64,000 nt of DNA. It comes from Gekko japonicus. Lineage: Eukaryota. The notes beneath the pieces are model-generated. The model saw only the letters and a program-made list of their open reading frames with translations. It had not been told where the DNA came from and made no database searches. The stretch covers positions 4,041 to 68,040 of the forward strand of contig NW_015172686.1 in the NCBI RefSeq assembly GCF_001447785.1, given 5' to 3'. Below, piece after piece: positions 49,811-63,700 of this stretch (the first letter of the stretch is position 1; each line of letters begins with the position of its first letter). The position numbers and the translations under genes are program-made.

Positions 49811-50016
49811 CAGTGTTCCCTCTAAGCTGAGTTAGTGTGAGCTAGCTCACAATTTTTTAGCCTCTGGCTCACACATTTTTGTCTTAGCTCAGGAAGGAGG
49901 GCTCCAGATCAAACTAATTTATGCAGCAGCCAAATCTCCTGCTCACAACTTTAATGCCAATAGCTCACAAAGTTGAATTTTTGCTCACAGGGCTCCATAG
50001 CTTAGAGGGAACATTG
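49811..50016 (+). mobile_element. hAT-like MITE copy 4
   Basis: Perfect 8-bp TSD CTCCCGTC; empty site in paralog B. Confidence 0.92.
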
Positions 50017-50236
50017 CTCCCGTCCCTTCCTTCTCAGCATGCTTTCCACAGAGTACCTTACAGCCCATTACAGGGAATTTAAGTCACTGTGCAAATTACT
50101 TGGTAGGAAGTTTAGAAACCACATTCACTCCACACTTCCAGGGACCTATTAAGAGTGTTTCAGACAGTGCTTCTTGGAGGTTGATGGAAATATACAGTCA
50201 TAAACTGACCCCATCACCACATTATTTGGTTGAGAG

Positions 50237-50237
<1 letters not shown>

Positions 50238-50276
<39 letters not shown>
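50238..50276. repeat. (GAT)n microsatellite (shorter version at about 34028-34044 in gene B)
   Basis: Seen directly. Confidence 0.95.
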
Positions 50277-50277
<1 letters not shown>

Positions 50278-50462
50278 ATATTGACTGTTTGACTGCATTA
50301 GGATGCTTTATAGTGATTGAAAATGCAAGATTTCATTAAGTGCTAGATGGTTGCTGTGATGATTTGTATGCTAGCCATATCAGGTTCCTAGAGAAAAGCA
50401 GGTACAAATATTTTAAGTAATAAATACATTTAAGAAATAAGTGAGTATGATTAGAATGTCAC

Positions 50463-51323
50463 CTGCCACCAGTCTTGATCCAGAAGATTCCATTTCCCAC
50501 CAGGTATGGTTGTTCGGTATTTGAATTTGGAGGACCACATGATGTGCAAAGCATGGACCACAGCGTAGACACTGTTGTAGATGTTGTAGCTGTGGGCAGT
50601 TGTGATTGTTTCAAAAATAGATCCAGGAAGATCCTTCAGTTTCTCCTCTCCAGTACAGATTTCCCCACCCTCCGCATCTATTGTGTTGTTGGAGAATGAA
50701 CATAGAAACGCCTGTTGCCAGAACTGTCTGATAAAGCCATCTTCTTTTTCAGAGGTAAGATTTTTCTCCTGGAGAAATTTCTGGAATCCTGAGAGCTCCA
50801 CTGAGTGAACTGCAAAGGATATAGCACCATGGATAAAACTGATGTCCCAGTTTCTCTGAATGGGAAGTGAGGTGAAGTCCATCTGAGCTGTCAAAATCCA
50901 GATTTTACTTTTAGCCTCAACTGGTATATCATAAAATTCAGGGAGACGGAGGAAGGATCTTAAAATTATCATGGTCTGAATTTCACCATGTAGGACCAAA
51001 ACTTTAGCAGTGCTTCCCATGACTAGTTTGTATGTTTCAATCCCTTCAGTCATTAGTTTTGCAAGTTCACTGGAAAATGTTGTTGCTGGCATTGTTGCTA
51101 CAAATTCAAAGCAGATGCCATTCTGAGAAAGCAGAGGAACTATGTCCTGTACAAATCTTTCTCCAGTCTCATCATTCAGAGAAATCACCCCAATCCACGT
51201 CCACCTGAAATACAGCAATAAATGAAGAATTCCCAGATTTTGATGGACCATATTTGGGAACATATGGTGGAAGAAAATAGATTGTGTTTTGTTGTCCATC
51301 TCTGGTGCAGAACCATAAGATAT
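50463..51323 (-). CDS. V2R gene C exon 3
   Basis: 861 bp open, canonical splice sites. Confidence 0.95.
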
Positions 51324-51667
51324 CTGAGCAAAGAAGAATAGGGAAAGAAAGGGAAAGACATTTGAAAACTAAAATCAGGCTGAATTTATTCTTCATAACA
51401 TATTACTGAATGAATAACGTGGCTTGTCAACTAAAGTCACTGTTTGCCATAATGTGAAAAAGTGGCTCTACATTCTTATGTCATTGCTACATACAAAACC
51501 CCCCATTAATTATGTATCATTTCAATTCATACATTCCAAAGCATGTAATGAATTCCTTTCCCTTGAAATTGCCCATGAAAAGTACCTACCTTTACAGTAA
51601 TGCCAGTTTTGGTCCCCAAACCATATCTGAAAGACAAGAAGTTTCATTCTCCCTTCATAAACCTTAC

Positions 51668-51959
51668 CTGTGGGATCTTGTAGATACAGAGAATGGCTGC
51701 TGTGTGGAGACAGATGTCAGAGTTTGGTCCTGTGATGACTGCAACCGGATGGTTCTGGCCATCACACTTATAGTTGGGGATGAATCTGTCCCGTGTGGAG
51801 AGAAGTTCCATTGAGGCCAGATAGGTCCAGCTTGCACTGAAATGGCTGTTGTAGATGTCAAAGCCCAGAGTGATGTTGGGTAAGATCTGGGAGTTTTCAT
51901 TGATTTCCTTTACAGCAAAGTCCAAGGCTAGGACCTGCTGGTAGTTCTGAGTCAGGATC
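51668..51959 (-). CDS. V2R gene C exon 2
   Basis: [22 protein letters not shown]...YKIPQ; 292 bp. Confidence 0.95.
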
Positions 51960-52562
51960 CTGCAATAAAGGCAGAGAACCTCAAACTGAAAGGGAAGGTT
52001 TCTTCTGTCTGATTCCAGCCCAGCATTTACTACCTATAGCTATCTTTAACCAAGACACCAGAAAGATGACCCATGTAGAACATGAAGGGTCATATTTGAA
52101 AAAACCCCAGCATGTATAATACCTCAATGCTCTGAAAAGATTAAGAATATCTTTACCCCCAGGGAAGAAGGAAATAAATACAAATCTATTCCATGGAGCA
52201 AAAAGAACAAAAAAAAAAGACATGCATACACATTCAGAGCCATCAGATTAATTTCCCCCCATAAACTGCAAATCTGATCCTTCACCAGCAGAATGGAATG
52301 CTGAGTATCTCCTGTCACAATAAATTGTGATAGTAGAAACATCATTCTGCTGAACGAATCTTGAAAAGTGGCTGACGTAACAGATATAAGGCTAAAATTA
52401 TACTAGGAAGTATGAAAGGAGAAGTCAACACATAGGAACAGCCCCTGGACTTGGAAATCAAGAATGGGGAGAGAGAACAAAATACAGGCCCAACCTTTCT
52501 CCACCCCTCTAAATCTCAATCAAATTTATGTATACAATTTGGTTAAAAGACCATTTTCTTAC

Positions 52563-52774
52563 AAAAAGTCATTGAACAGTTCCTCAGATGGACGATTTTT
52601 AAATGTTATTGGATGTGGATCAATGTAGATCTGGGACGTAATGCCAGCAATGATGAAGTCCCCTGATTTATAGTATTTGTGAAGGATAGGAAGAGGCTCT
52701 GTGATGGGGCACAGAGGAACCTTACACAATGCCAAAGGGACTAACCCTAATGCCAGCACCGCAAACACCACCAT
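52563..52774 (-). CDS. V2R gene C exon 1
   Basis: MVVFAVLALGLVPLALC; the upstream ATG of A/B reads AAG here; donor GTAAG. Confidence 0.9.
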
Positions 52775-52939
52775 CCTGGGTGAACATTTCCTTTTGGACA
52801 CCAATTCAGCTATTCTGACAATATTTTTAAGAGTTTCTAAGTACCCCGACTTGAATGATCATGCAGCCAATTGACATCCTGTCTTTCATTGACTCAGAGC
52901 CCCAAGTGATGTATCCTTCTCAATCCTCACCCCCTGCCG

Positions 52940-53305
52940 TGAATGATTCAGGGAATATTAATAGCATCCTTCGGTCATGGAGAATGGTTTTTCTAGGAGC
53001 TGTTGATTTTCTTTAGGAACATGGAATAGATAGAGACATAATAGTAGTGATTTTGTTAATTGCAGGGGTGATAATGATCTACCCAGATATACTGCAGGAA
53101 AGAAAAAACATCCTGATGTCATTTCCCTCATATAATTTTTTTAAAAAAATATTATTATTATTCATATAGATAGAGACATAATAGTAGTGATTTTGTTAAT
53201 TGCAGGGGTGATAATGATCTACCCAGATATACTGCAGGAAAGAAAAAACATCCTGATGTCATTTCCCTCATATAATTTTTTAAAAAAATTATTATTATTA
53301 TTCAT
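52940..53305 (-). promoter_or_regulatory. Putative promoter of gene C, with a 140-bp tandem duplication (about 53026-53305)
   Basis: TATTAATA 52956-52963; duplicated block contains TTAATTGCAGGG. Confidence 0.5.
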
Positions 53306-53419
53306 ATAAGGAAGCAGCCACGTCACAATGAACTGATGGGTGGGCACTATCATGATCAAGAACTCTGAGCTGGACTATGGGATCTCTGGTCTAAATAGCA
53401 CTGGCCCCACGCGACCTGT

Positions 53420-53900
53420 ATTGAATACAATCTTTTTTTCAAAGATGGTGATATACATACAAGGCATAAGGCACAATAAATCCTTTTTGTGAGAACCTCT
53501 TAAAATAGCCACATTTTTTCTAGGGTCCCATCAGAACTGAAATAGAGAAAAATATAAATATATCAATGGAATTTCATACATTCTTTTTTATATTATAAAT
53601 ATTAAAAGATCTCACCCCTTGCGACAAGAACACCTTTTCCTTAAAGTGCCTGTGAGCCTTTTCATTTTTGTTCCAATATAAAATCATTGGAGCTCTGTCC
53701 TCATTAAAATCCCATAATTTACAGCAGTCGTGACATTTCTGACAATGTTTTAAATTTTAAGTATCCGTGCTCATCAGTCTCCCAAAGCAGACAATCATAG
53801 CACTGGTATTGTTTAACAAATAAATATCTTGGGGCTTCATCATCATTAAAATTTTGCAGTTTGGAACAGTCATGATACTTCAAACAATGCTGATCCACCT
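53420..53900 (-). mobile_element. Probable old L1 3' fragment
   Basis: T-rich start and strand-biased composition; right end shares sequence with 39840-39880. Confidence 0.4.
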
Positions 53901-55868
53901 GTTTTACCTTTCTGACTAAATCAGAATTATGATAGATTTAGATCACTGATGGAATAACAGCATTGTGAAGGAAGGGGAAAGGTTAAAATCTTGCCCTGAA
54001 GTTTTGCCATCTTAAGCCTTTAATCTCTCATGTTGCTCTGGAGAGGGACCGTGTGTCCTGGGTGATGTTATTTTTTTTTCTTGCCCATTATATCAATTTT
54101 CCAGGCTGTTTAAGGACCATTATGGCCAGGCCAGAAAGGGGAGCTGGTTTGATACAGACTGCTGGGCTTTTAAAAGTATTGCCATTTTAAATTACACAAC
54201 AATAAAGTTATACCTTATTGGATATTATTGATGAAATATGAATTCAGGACTGTTATTAAAAACAAGAAAGGAACTGCTTTAACGACTACCTGGAAGTGTT
54301 TGATTTGGTCCCCCAAGCAGGATGGTAGGAAGCCCCAAAAGATACCAACTATGAAACTGATGATGAAACAAAGAAGTCAGGAAGAAAAGGAAGGGCCACA
54401 GCAATAATCCAAGGAATGTAGAAACAAAACCATGGTGCCATGGGAATGATTTTCATTCATCTTATGTACCCCAAAGCATTCTGCTCAGTGCTTCTTCGGG
54501 GTGGGGGGATCTATACCTTTTTGCAGTGTCAGTGTTATTCCAAATCTACACAGAGTGAATAAAATCTATTCCCATGGCACCACTGTTCTGTTTCTTCATT
54601 CCTTGGGATCAAGTGAGGAAGAAAGGTATGAGGACAGAGTTCAGTGATTTCAGCAATGGAGGAAAGTTAGGAGTAGAGCTAACTACAAAGATGGGAAAGG
54701 CATCTGAAGATGTCAGCAGTGGCAATGGTTTGGAAGGTGGAAAAAAATGCAAAGTCGAAGGGATTTTTAGCTTCAGTGTTTTTAAACACTTAGAAGTGAC
54801 TAGACATCAAGAAGGGAAGGTATAATTGCCCAATGCTATGCAAGGTTCCAAATCCATGTCAGGCATGGATCAAATATCGACATTCTAGGTGGGATCACTG
54901 GGGAAAGCCAGACAACTTAGTTTAACTGAGTTACCTGACCAATGGGAATAGCTTGGGTTGGGCCGGTTGAACAAAGACTGAGCAGCAGTTTTTGACATTC
55001 CCTGGAAAAGTGATTGAGTTACAGAAGAACTTAAGAATATGAAGAGGGTTATTGGGTCCAGGAAATGTGAGTGAATGATTCATGGCCAAGGGTCTGAGGA
55101 TGCTCTCTGAAGGCTTTAGAGAAAGAGTCCTTAATCAAAATGCTCCTTGGAGCATTTCAACACATGTGCCATTCCTGATATTTTATCAAGGCCTCTGGTA
55201 GTCACTTCAGAGGATATTTCATAGAGAGATGGGCAGAGGTATGGAGGGGACTCCCTTGCATTTTGCAGTTTAAGAAGAGAACTTCAAATGAAGAAACGAG
55301 TAGACCTCAGTCTCTTCTTCTGACTGTTCATGATATGGAGGTAAAGTAGCTTTCTTGCTTATGTACCATTTGATCATTCTTTTCTTATGCATGCAATTAG
55401 AATGTGCAATTGATTTCTTTGGGGCTGTAAAATAGGAATAAAGATGAATGCTCCAGGAAAGTTCCAGGAATGCAAATTATACATTATGCATTTGTAAATG
55501 TTGGGTTCAAAGGAAAGCAAATTACAGTCCATTTGGGATTCACAAAAGCATTTATTTCCAATGTGGTCTTATAATTTCTTATGCAACCATTAATACAATA
55601 TGTACATTGGGTGATATTACAGTCAGGAAGAAATCATAAAGCACTAAAAGTTATAGGTATAAAGGAGTAGTAACACTCACATTAAAAAGACAGTTAAAAT
55701 TTGAGAAAGAGCCAAACAGACATCTTGGGAATGATATCGGGCACATGGAACACAAACAGAATAGACAAGTAACAAACTTTTGCAAGCACAGCAGTGAGCA
55801 TGCTATTTGTTTTCCAGACAATGTAGATCAGCTACTTTTAGTAAAGACTATATTGATGACAGAAATAC

Positions 55869-56009
55869 NNNNNNNNNNNNNNNNNNNNNNNNNNNNNNNN
55901 NNNNNNNNNNNNNNNNNNNNNNNNNNNNNNNNNNNNNNNNNNNNNNNNNNNNNNNNNNNNNNNNNNNNNNNNNNNNNNNNNNNNNNNNNNNNNNNNNNNN
56001 NNNNNNNNN
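55869..56009. other. Assembly gap (likely spurious; flanks overlap)
   Basis: tgatgacagaaatac occurs on both sides. Confidence 0.9.
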
Positions 56010-56098
56010 ATAATGATGACAGAAATACTCCAGAAGAAAACATAGACCTCACGCCCTTACTGCTGTTTCCAATAGGATATATTTTTGGAATATCTTCA

Positions 56099-57006
56099 TC
56101 AGATTTGATTCTTTGTTTTTATTAGCTGTCCTTTTGTGTTCAGCTCCGGTCTGAGTAGAATGATGTAGCATTTTGGGGAAAAGATGCATCCCAGTAGCCC
56201 AGCACTGGAGGTTAAGATGGAGAAGATCTCCACAGCCACCATGGATTTCCCCTTGGTGCTCAAGTAGGTCGGAATGAAGGACACCCAAACACTGCAAAAG
56301 ACCAACATGCTGAAGGTGATGAACTTGGCTTCATTGAAACTGTCGGGTAACTTCCTGGCTACAAAAGCCACGGTGAAGCTGATGATGGCCAGAAAGCCTA
56401 GAAAGCTCAGGACACAGTAATACATGGTGACTGACCCTTCATTGCACTCTAACACAATTTGCTCAGTCACGGAATGCATATCAAAATCTGGGAAGGGGGG
56501 AGACATTGTCAACCACACAGTACAAATAGTACCTTGTAAAAGGGAACATGAAATGACAATGGAACTGGACAGCTTTTTCCCTACCCATCTCCTCATTCTG
56601 GACCCTGGCTTTGTGGCCATGAAAGCCAGAACCACAAGAACTGTTTTGGCCAACACACAAGAAACAGCCACCGAGAAGATGATGCCAAAAGCCGTTTGTC
56701 GAAGGAGACAGGTAACCTTCCCGGGCTGGCCAATGAACATCAAAACACAGAGGAAGGAGAGCAGGAGGGAGATGAGGAGAGTGTAGGTGAGGTCCCGGTT
56801 GTTGGCTTTGACTAAGGGAGAGTCCCGGTGCTTAATAAAGATCCCGAGCACCAAAGTTGTGATGAAAAAGAAGGAAAGTGCAAGAGTGACCAAACTGATC
56901 CCCAAAGGTTCTTCATAAGACAAAAAGCTGAAGTATTTTGGCAGGCATAAATTCTGGTCTTTGTTTGGATACTGACCTTCAGGACACCGAGAACATTCAT
57001 TTAAGT
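56099..57006 (-). CDS. V2R gene D exon 6 (7TM); upstream exons not within the window
   Basis: Nearly identical to C exon 6; acceptor tttcag; TGA stop; 908 bp. Confidence 0.93.
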
Positions 57007-57130
57007 CTGAAAAAGAAAGCATCCTTTTTGTACATGCATGTTTTCGGCAAAGTTCATTGTGATGTACTAAGCTTTCTGCCTTTAGCAGTACCCTCAAAGC
57101 AGTGCCCATAAAGCATGCAAGACTTCCCTC

Positions 57131-57440
57131 AAAAGGTAAAGATAAAAGTTTCCCTTGCTCAAAAGCTAGTCGAATCCAACTCTAGGGGGCAGTGCTCATC
57201 TCCTTATCCAAGCCAAAGAGCCAGCACTGTCCAAAGACATTTCTGTGGTGATGTGGGCAGGATGACTAAATGCAGAGGCTCACAGAATGCTGTTTACTTC
57301 TCACCAAAGCGGTACCTATTTATCAACTTGCAATTTCTTGCTTTCAAACTGCTAGGTTGCCAGGAGCTGGGGCCAGAAACGGGAGCTCACTCGATGGAGT
57401 CTCGAACGGCTCAACTTCCAGTTTGCAGTTCAGTGCCCTA
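57131..57440 (-). mobile_element. Sauria SINE (diverged) in gene D intron 5
   Basis: Homologous to 7191-7537 and 14109-14385; aaaggt tail. Confidence 0.85.
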
Positions 57441-58149
57441 CTCTTGGTATAATGAACGACATTATTTCCTGTAGAATTTCTGGATATGCTGCACTTCTTC
57501 GTCCCCAACTAGGAAGACTTGCATATCTTGGCATCTTTCCCTTTGCATTAATAAGCACAGATTTCAGGAGAAATGCATTCATCATTAAGCTACTGAGGCT
57601 GCCATCCTAAGAACACTTTCCTGGAAGTAAGCACAATTGAATAGAAATGGACTTTCTTCTTGGTAGACCTGTCTTGGATTTCTCCAAGTATCTTGTCAAA
57701 ATTTCCCCAAGTGTCTTCTCAAAACTCTTTTTCCCAACACAGGCTAAGAAGTGTTGCTTCAAATCAAAGTTACAAAATTCTAGAGAGAGACTAAATCTCA
57801 CCCTAGCCTTGGTAGGTTCCACCAGACCTTTCAGGCTATCTCAACAGCCCAGGAGTGAAAGGACATGTCTCCCAGTTTCTCAAGGAATTAACAAGAAAAG
57901 TCCGCCCTGCAGAGTGGGACTGCAGACTGAGTCCCCAAACAGAAAACAGGTAGCTGGGACTTCCGGATCCAGGCTCAATGACAGAGGGTGTGTGTTGAGC
58001 TTGCTCCTCTATCCTCTGATCCTTAACTTTCTTAAGGCTGTTTTCAAAGCCTCAAACTCCCTCCCGAAGAGAGGGGTGTGGTAGGGGACTTGCTTGATTT
58101 AAGCCTGAAAGAGTGGCGACTCTTGGTGCTTAGCTAGGTGTTCTGAAAC

Positions 58150-61100
58150 AAGAAAGTGAATAGGAGCCCCAATGAGACTTTGAAGTCACAATGAGCACAA
58201 GAGGAGCCCAGAGGATTCCATAGAGTCAGAAAGCAACAACCCTATAATCCAAAATCAACAACACAAGCTAAGTATATTTAAATAAAACTCACCTTAATTA
58301 AGTCCCAATGAGGGACAGGATTTATGCTGAAAAAAAGTTGGCCCTCCATTTGAAAACGAACTAAGAAGGATAAGCGGCTAGTAAAAATAAATAAGGTTAA
58401 GTGGCTAGTAAAAATAAAAGATGATTAAAGGAGGATGGGGAAAAGAGATAGGAGCAGGATTTAGAGCTTGAAACTACAAAAGGGTTCCCCCCCTTCTCTT
58501 CTTTCTTTTCTCTCCAATATATGAGTCTACGTTTTTAAACCGAGCAGTGATTGATGGGGCATATCGAGGCAGGGCATAGAGGCGGCGGCAGACTGACATG
58601 GCAGTGACAGGAGTCGAGAGGAGAAAGGCAGATGCAGAGGAGTTACGTGACATGATAGCGACCGGAGCTGTGCAGAGAAAGGCGAATGTGGAGGAGAAAA
58701 TTGGAGGTGGCTGGAAAATTGGAGGTGGCTGGTGATGTGGCAGCGACTGGAGCCGGGAGCAGAAAGGAGGGAGCAGAGGATTGACATGATGTGACAGCAA
58801 CAGGAGCCAAGCAGAGAAAGGTGGGAGAGGAGGAGAAAATCAGAAGCGGCTGGATACATTACGTGTGTGGGCACTGTACGAACCCCTATGAAATAAAATG
58901 GATGAAATAACAACTCAATTTAAAACAGAAACACGGGAAATTAAGAAAAAGATATTGGATAACAAACAAGAAATAATAAAAATATCATCTATACAGGAAA
59001 TATTTAAAGAAAAATTAAAAGACTTAGATTTTGAAGTTTTAGAATTAAAGGCTAAAAATGAAAGAATTGAGGACACTCTCATAAATTTTGAAATGGATAA
59101 GGCAGCACTAATAATAAGGTGCCAAAATATACCAGAGAATATAGAGAAAAAATTGAAAGAAGAATGGGCACAACATTTAGCAGAATAGCTACAATTAGGT
59201 ACGAGAGAAGAAATAAAGAATAACATTGAAGATATATACAGGAGAAACTCATCATATGCAAAGAAACATAAAGTTCCCAGAGAGGTACACATTAAATTGT
59301 ACAGGAAATATATGAAAGAGAAAATACTCAAAGCCACATATGAAAATAAAGTTACCATTCAAGGAGAAGAAATCAAATTCTTAAAGGAAGTCCCTTGGAG
59401 AGTAAGGGAGAGAAGGGCTCCCTATCTTAAATTGACAAACCTTTTGAGAAATAATGGAATTGTCTTTAGATGGTTGGTTCCAGAAGGGGTGCTTTTCACT
59501 TACGACAGTAAGAGGCAAAGGATAGATTCAACATTTAAAATTGAATACTTTCTAGAGAAACATGGAGAAGACTTGGGGTTTCAAAAAGAGGAAGAAGAAG
59601 AGGAGAGAGAGGAAAATAGGGACTCGGAGGAGGAAACTTCAGAACAATAAAAAGGGGAAAGTAAAGAAGCTGCTACCAAAAAGGGGAAGAAAAAACCAAA
59701 CAAAACTACTTATCAGATTTTAACTAGATTTAAGGAAGAGAATAAAGGAGGGAACAACAATAAATAAACATTACATCGACTAAAAAAATTAAAATATTAT
59801 CTACTAATATAAATGGGCTGAATAGCCCACAAAAAAGAAGAAAAACATTTAATCAAATAAGTAAAAATCAAGTGGACATTGTATGCCTACAAGAAACACA
59901 TATAAAGAAAGAAGATATTAAATATCTGACAAATAAAAAATTGGGAAATGCTTTTATAGTGTCAGATCAAAAGAAAAAAGGGGGGTAGTAACATATGTGA
60001 AAGATTATTTAAACCCTAAATTGTTAAATGCATCAAAAGATGGAAGGATAGTTGCAGTTGTAATAACAAGAAATGGTAAAGAGACATTGATAGTTAAGAT
60101 ATACGCACCGAACCAAAATCAAGAAACCTTCTATAAATCAAGAAACCTTCTATAAAGAATTACAGACAATATTAAATCTGAAGTAAACTGAAAATATATG
60201 TCTAGTAGGGAATTATAATGCCATACTTGACCCTGAAATTGATAGAAAGAGTAACAGGAAAAGGAACAAACCAGGTACAATAATGCCAAGAAGTTTCTTT
60301 AAAATAGTGGAAGAGTATAATATTATTGATGCTTGGAGAACTAGAAACTTTTTTAAAAAAGAGTTTTTACATATTACTCACCAAGGCATAATTCTTGGTG
60401 GCGAATCAATATGATCTGGATAACATCCAAGATGATACATGAGGTGTTAGAGTGTGAAATTCTACCTAACACATTTGCGGATCACAGCCCTATTATGTTG
60501 ACTTTAGTGGATGAACAAAAGAAAAGCAGATGGACTATGAACTAAGGACTTCTTCGAGACCAGGAATTTGTTAAAGAACTAAAGAAGAGATCGTGGACTT
60601 CTTTAAAAGAAATATACAACCTGAGGTAAAGATTGAAATAGTTTGAGATGCATTTAAAGCTTTCATTAGAGGTTGGTTTATCAATCAGAATGCATGGAAA
60701 AAGAAGCAAGATAAAAAGAAATATGAAGCTTTAGTGGAACAAATAAAAATAGAAGAAACTAAAATGAAAAACGCTACAGATGTTATAGATTATAAATTTA
60801 AATTACACCTCCTTCATCATAAATTGATTATACTCTTGAATAATGAAATAGCAAGAAAAATTGAATTCAAACAATATTACTTTGAAAATATAAATAAACC
60901 TAATAGATGGTTATCTTATAAACTCTGGAAAGAAAGAAAAACGTAAGATACAAGAACTTAAAAGTATAGTGGAAGGGTATTATAAAGAGTTATATCATCA
61001 AGAACACCAGGAAGAACAGCAAATTAAAGAATATCTAGAAAAAGGGAACTATACTAAATTTAATGATCAACATAAAAAGACTGAATGAAACAATTGCAAT

Positions 61101-63700
61101 GTGTGAGATTGTAGAATCAGTTAAGAGGCAAAAAAAGAAGAAAAAAAACGCCAGGTCCAGATGGTATTCCTGTGGAATTTTATCAGATATTTCAGGAACA
61201 GTTAGATGTAACTTTAAAAGCCTTATTCCAAAAAATAGGAAAATCAGAAGAGACACCTGACTCTTGGAATCATGCACTAATTACATTAATACCCAAACCA
61301 AACTCGGAGGGATGTGAAATTAAAAACTACAGACCTATATCTCTTTTAAATTCAGATTATAAAATATTTGCTAACATATTAGCGCACAGATTGAAAACAG
61401 TCTTATCGCAAATAATACACAAAGACCAGATGGGTTTTTTGCTGAAAAGACAAATGAAAAATAACTTGTGCATAGTTATCGACGTATTAGATTATTATGA
61501 ATCACACCCTGAAAAAGAGACCGTGCTAATGTTTCTTGACGCTGAAAAAGCTTTTGACAATTTATCCTGGAATTTCTTGTTACAGAAGTTAGATGTAGCG
61601 GATTGTGGAAATCAATTTTCGCCTATAATAAAGGCAATTTATTCAACACAATATGCTAAAGTTCTAGTAAACGGAGATCTGACAAACAATATAGAAATAC
61701 AGAAAGGCTCGAGACAGGGTTGCCCACTATCTCCATTATTGTTTATCTTTGAACTAGAATCATTAAATAATTCAGTAAGAAACAATGAACAGATAAATGG
61801 CTTAAAAATAAGAGGGGAGAAATTTGAATTACTGGCATTCGCTGATGATCTTCTATTTATAGTGGAGAATCCTAAAAAATCTATTAATTTTTTGATGGAA
61901 TCAATTAAAGCATATGGTTCAGTAGCTGGCCTAAAAATAAACTTGAAGAAAATGAAACTTTTATTAAAAAACTGTCAACCAGGTACTGCACAAGAAATTC
62001 AAAAAATAATGTCTATGGAGATAGTGAAAAAGTGAAATATTTGGGAGTTTATGTAACTAGCAAGTGTAGTTCTTTAATAGATGATAATTATTACAAGTTG
62101 TTAGAAGATATTAAAAATGATTTTTTGAGATGGAATGAAATACCATTATCTATTATGAGCAAAATTGCAGCAATAAAAATGAATATACTACCAAGATTCC
62201 TATTTTTTGCCCAAAATATTCCTATATTAAATTGATCGAAATTTCTTATGGAACTAGATAGGATTACAAGAAAATTTATATGGCATCCTAAAAGATCAAG
62301 AATTAAGTGGAAAGTTCTCCAAGACAGAAAGGATAAAGGAGGGATGAATGTACCAAACTGGACATTATATTACCAGGCAGCCTCTTTAACTTGGATAAAA
62401 GAGTGGATTACATTGGAAGACACTAGAACATTAGTGTTAGAAGGTCATGATCTTTGTATGGGTTGGCACTCATACGTATGGTACGAAAAAGAGAAAATAC
62501 ACTCGCTTTTTAATCGTCACATATTAAGAGGAGCCTTAAGCAAAATTTGGAATGAGATAAAAGAGAGATTTTATAGGAAAACACCAAGATGGGTCTCGCC
62601 ACTAGACGCTTTTGTAAAGCCTTCACTTTTGTCAACAATGATAAATTAAAAACAGAAGAGAAATTGATGCGCGAACATCAAATTAACTTATCATGGTGGG
62701 AGCGATCTCTATTACAAGATAGGTATGGTAAAGACAAGCTAAGAGGATTTGAAGATAGGAATAACCAACTTGATAAGATCTGGTTATCATCCAGTGATTA
62801 ATTCAGAAACTTTATAGATTCTTATTAGAGGATTACGAGTTAGATGAAAACACCAAAACTACAATGATTTCATGGATAAAGTATATGGGAAAAAACATGG
62901 AAATAGAACTATGGGATACAATTTGGAAATCTGTAAAATATATGAGACCTATATCATATAAGGAAAATATTTATAAAATTTTCCACAGGTGGTACTGGTC
63001 TCCAGATAAAAGTGCAAAGTGTTACCCTAATACATCTAATAGATGTTGGAAGTGTAAACTGAATGTAGGGACCTTTTACCACATGTGGTGGAAATGCAGC
63101 AAAATACAAAAATATTGGGAAATGGTACATAAAATTATTCTCAAAATTTTAAATTCAGACATTTTGTTAACACCTGAAATTTATTTGCTGAATATAATTC
63201 CAAATGGCTACGCAATGCAAGATGTATATTTATTAGTATATATTATAACAGCTGCACGAATACTACTGGCAAAAAACTGGAAAACGGATAAAATACCCTC
63301 AAAAGAGGACTTAATATTTAAACTCTTAGATCTTGCACAAATGGACAACTTGAGTTTATTGCTCCAAGGTAAAGACAATAAAATACAGAATAAAAGATGG
63401 TTAAGGGTATATAATTGGATAAAGCATGTAACAGATTAATAATATGTAAAACGTTTATAGTATATATAATGCATGTAACAGATTTATAGACCCTAGAAAT
63501 TTATGTAATCTAAGAAAATGAAATGTTTGTAATCTTTTTAAAATATGAAAAATAAATGGGGGGGGGGGGAAGAAAAAAAAACAGACAGCCGGTAGGGGGT
63601 CAAAAGCCAAGACTCTGGAAGAAGGCTTTGTGGTCAGTGAAGGCAAAATTCATGACATGATTAAAAAATATAATTATTTATTTTATGTGCAAAAATATAT
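58150..63700 (+). mobile_element. Near-full-length decayed L1 (ORF1 58898-59650 with one in-frame stop; ORF2 about 59780-63439) in gene D intron 5; ends approximate
   Basis: ORF1 homologous to that of the first L1 (MDKA.LIIRCQNIPE.IEKKLKEE); EN, RT (LDAEKAFD, RQGCPLSPLLF, AFADD) and CWKC...HMWWKC motifs. Confidence 0.93.
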
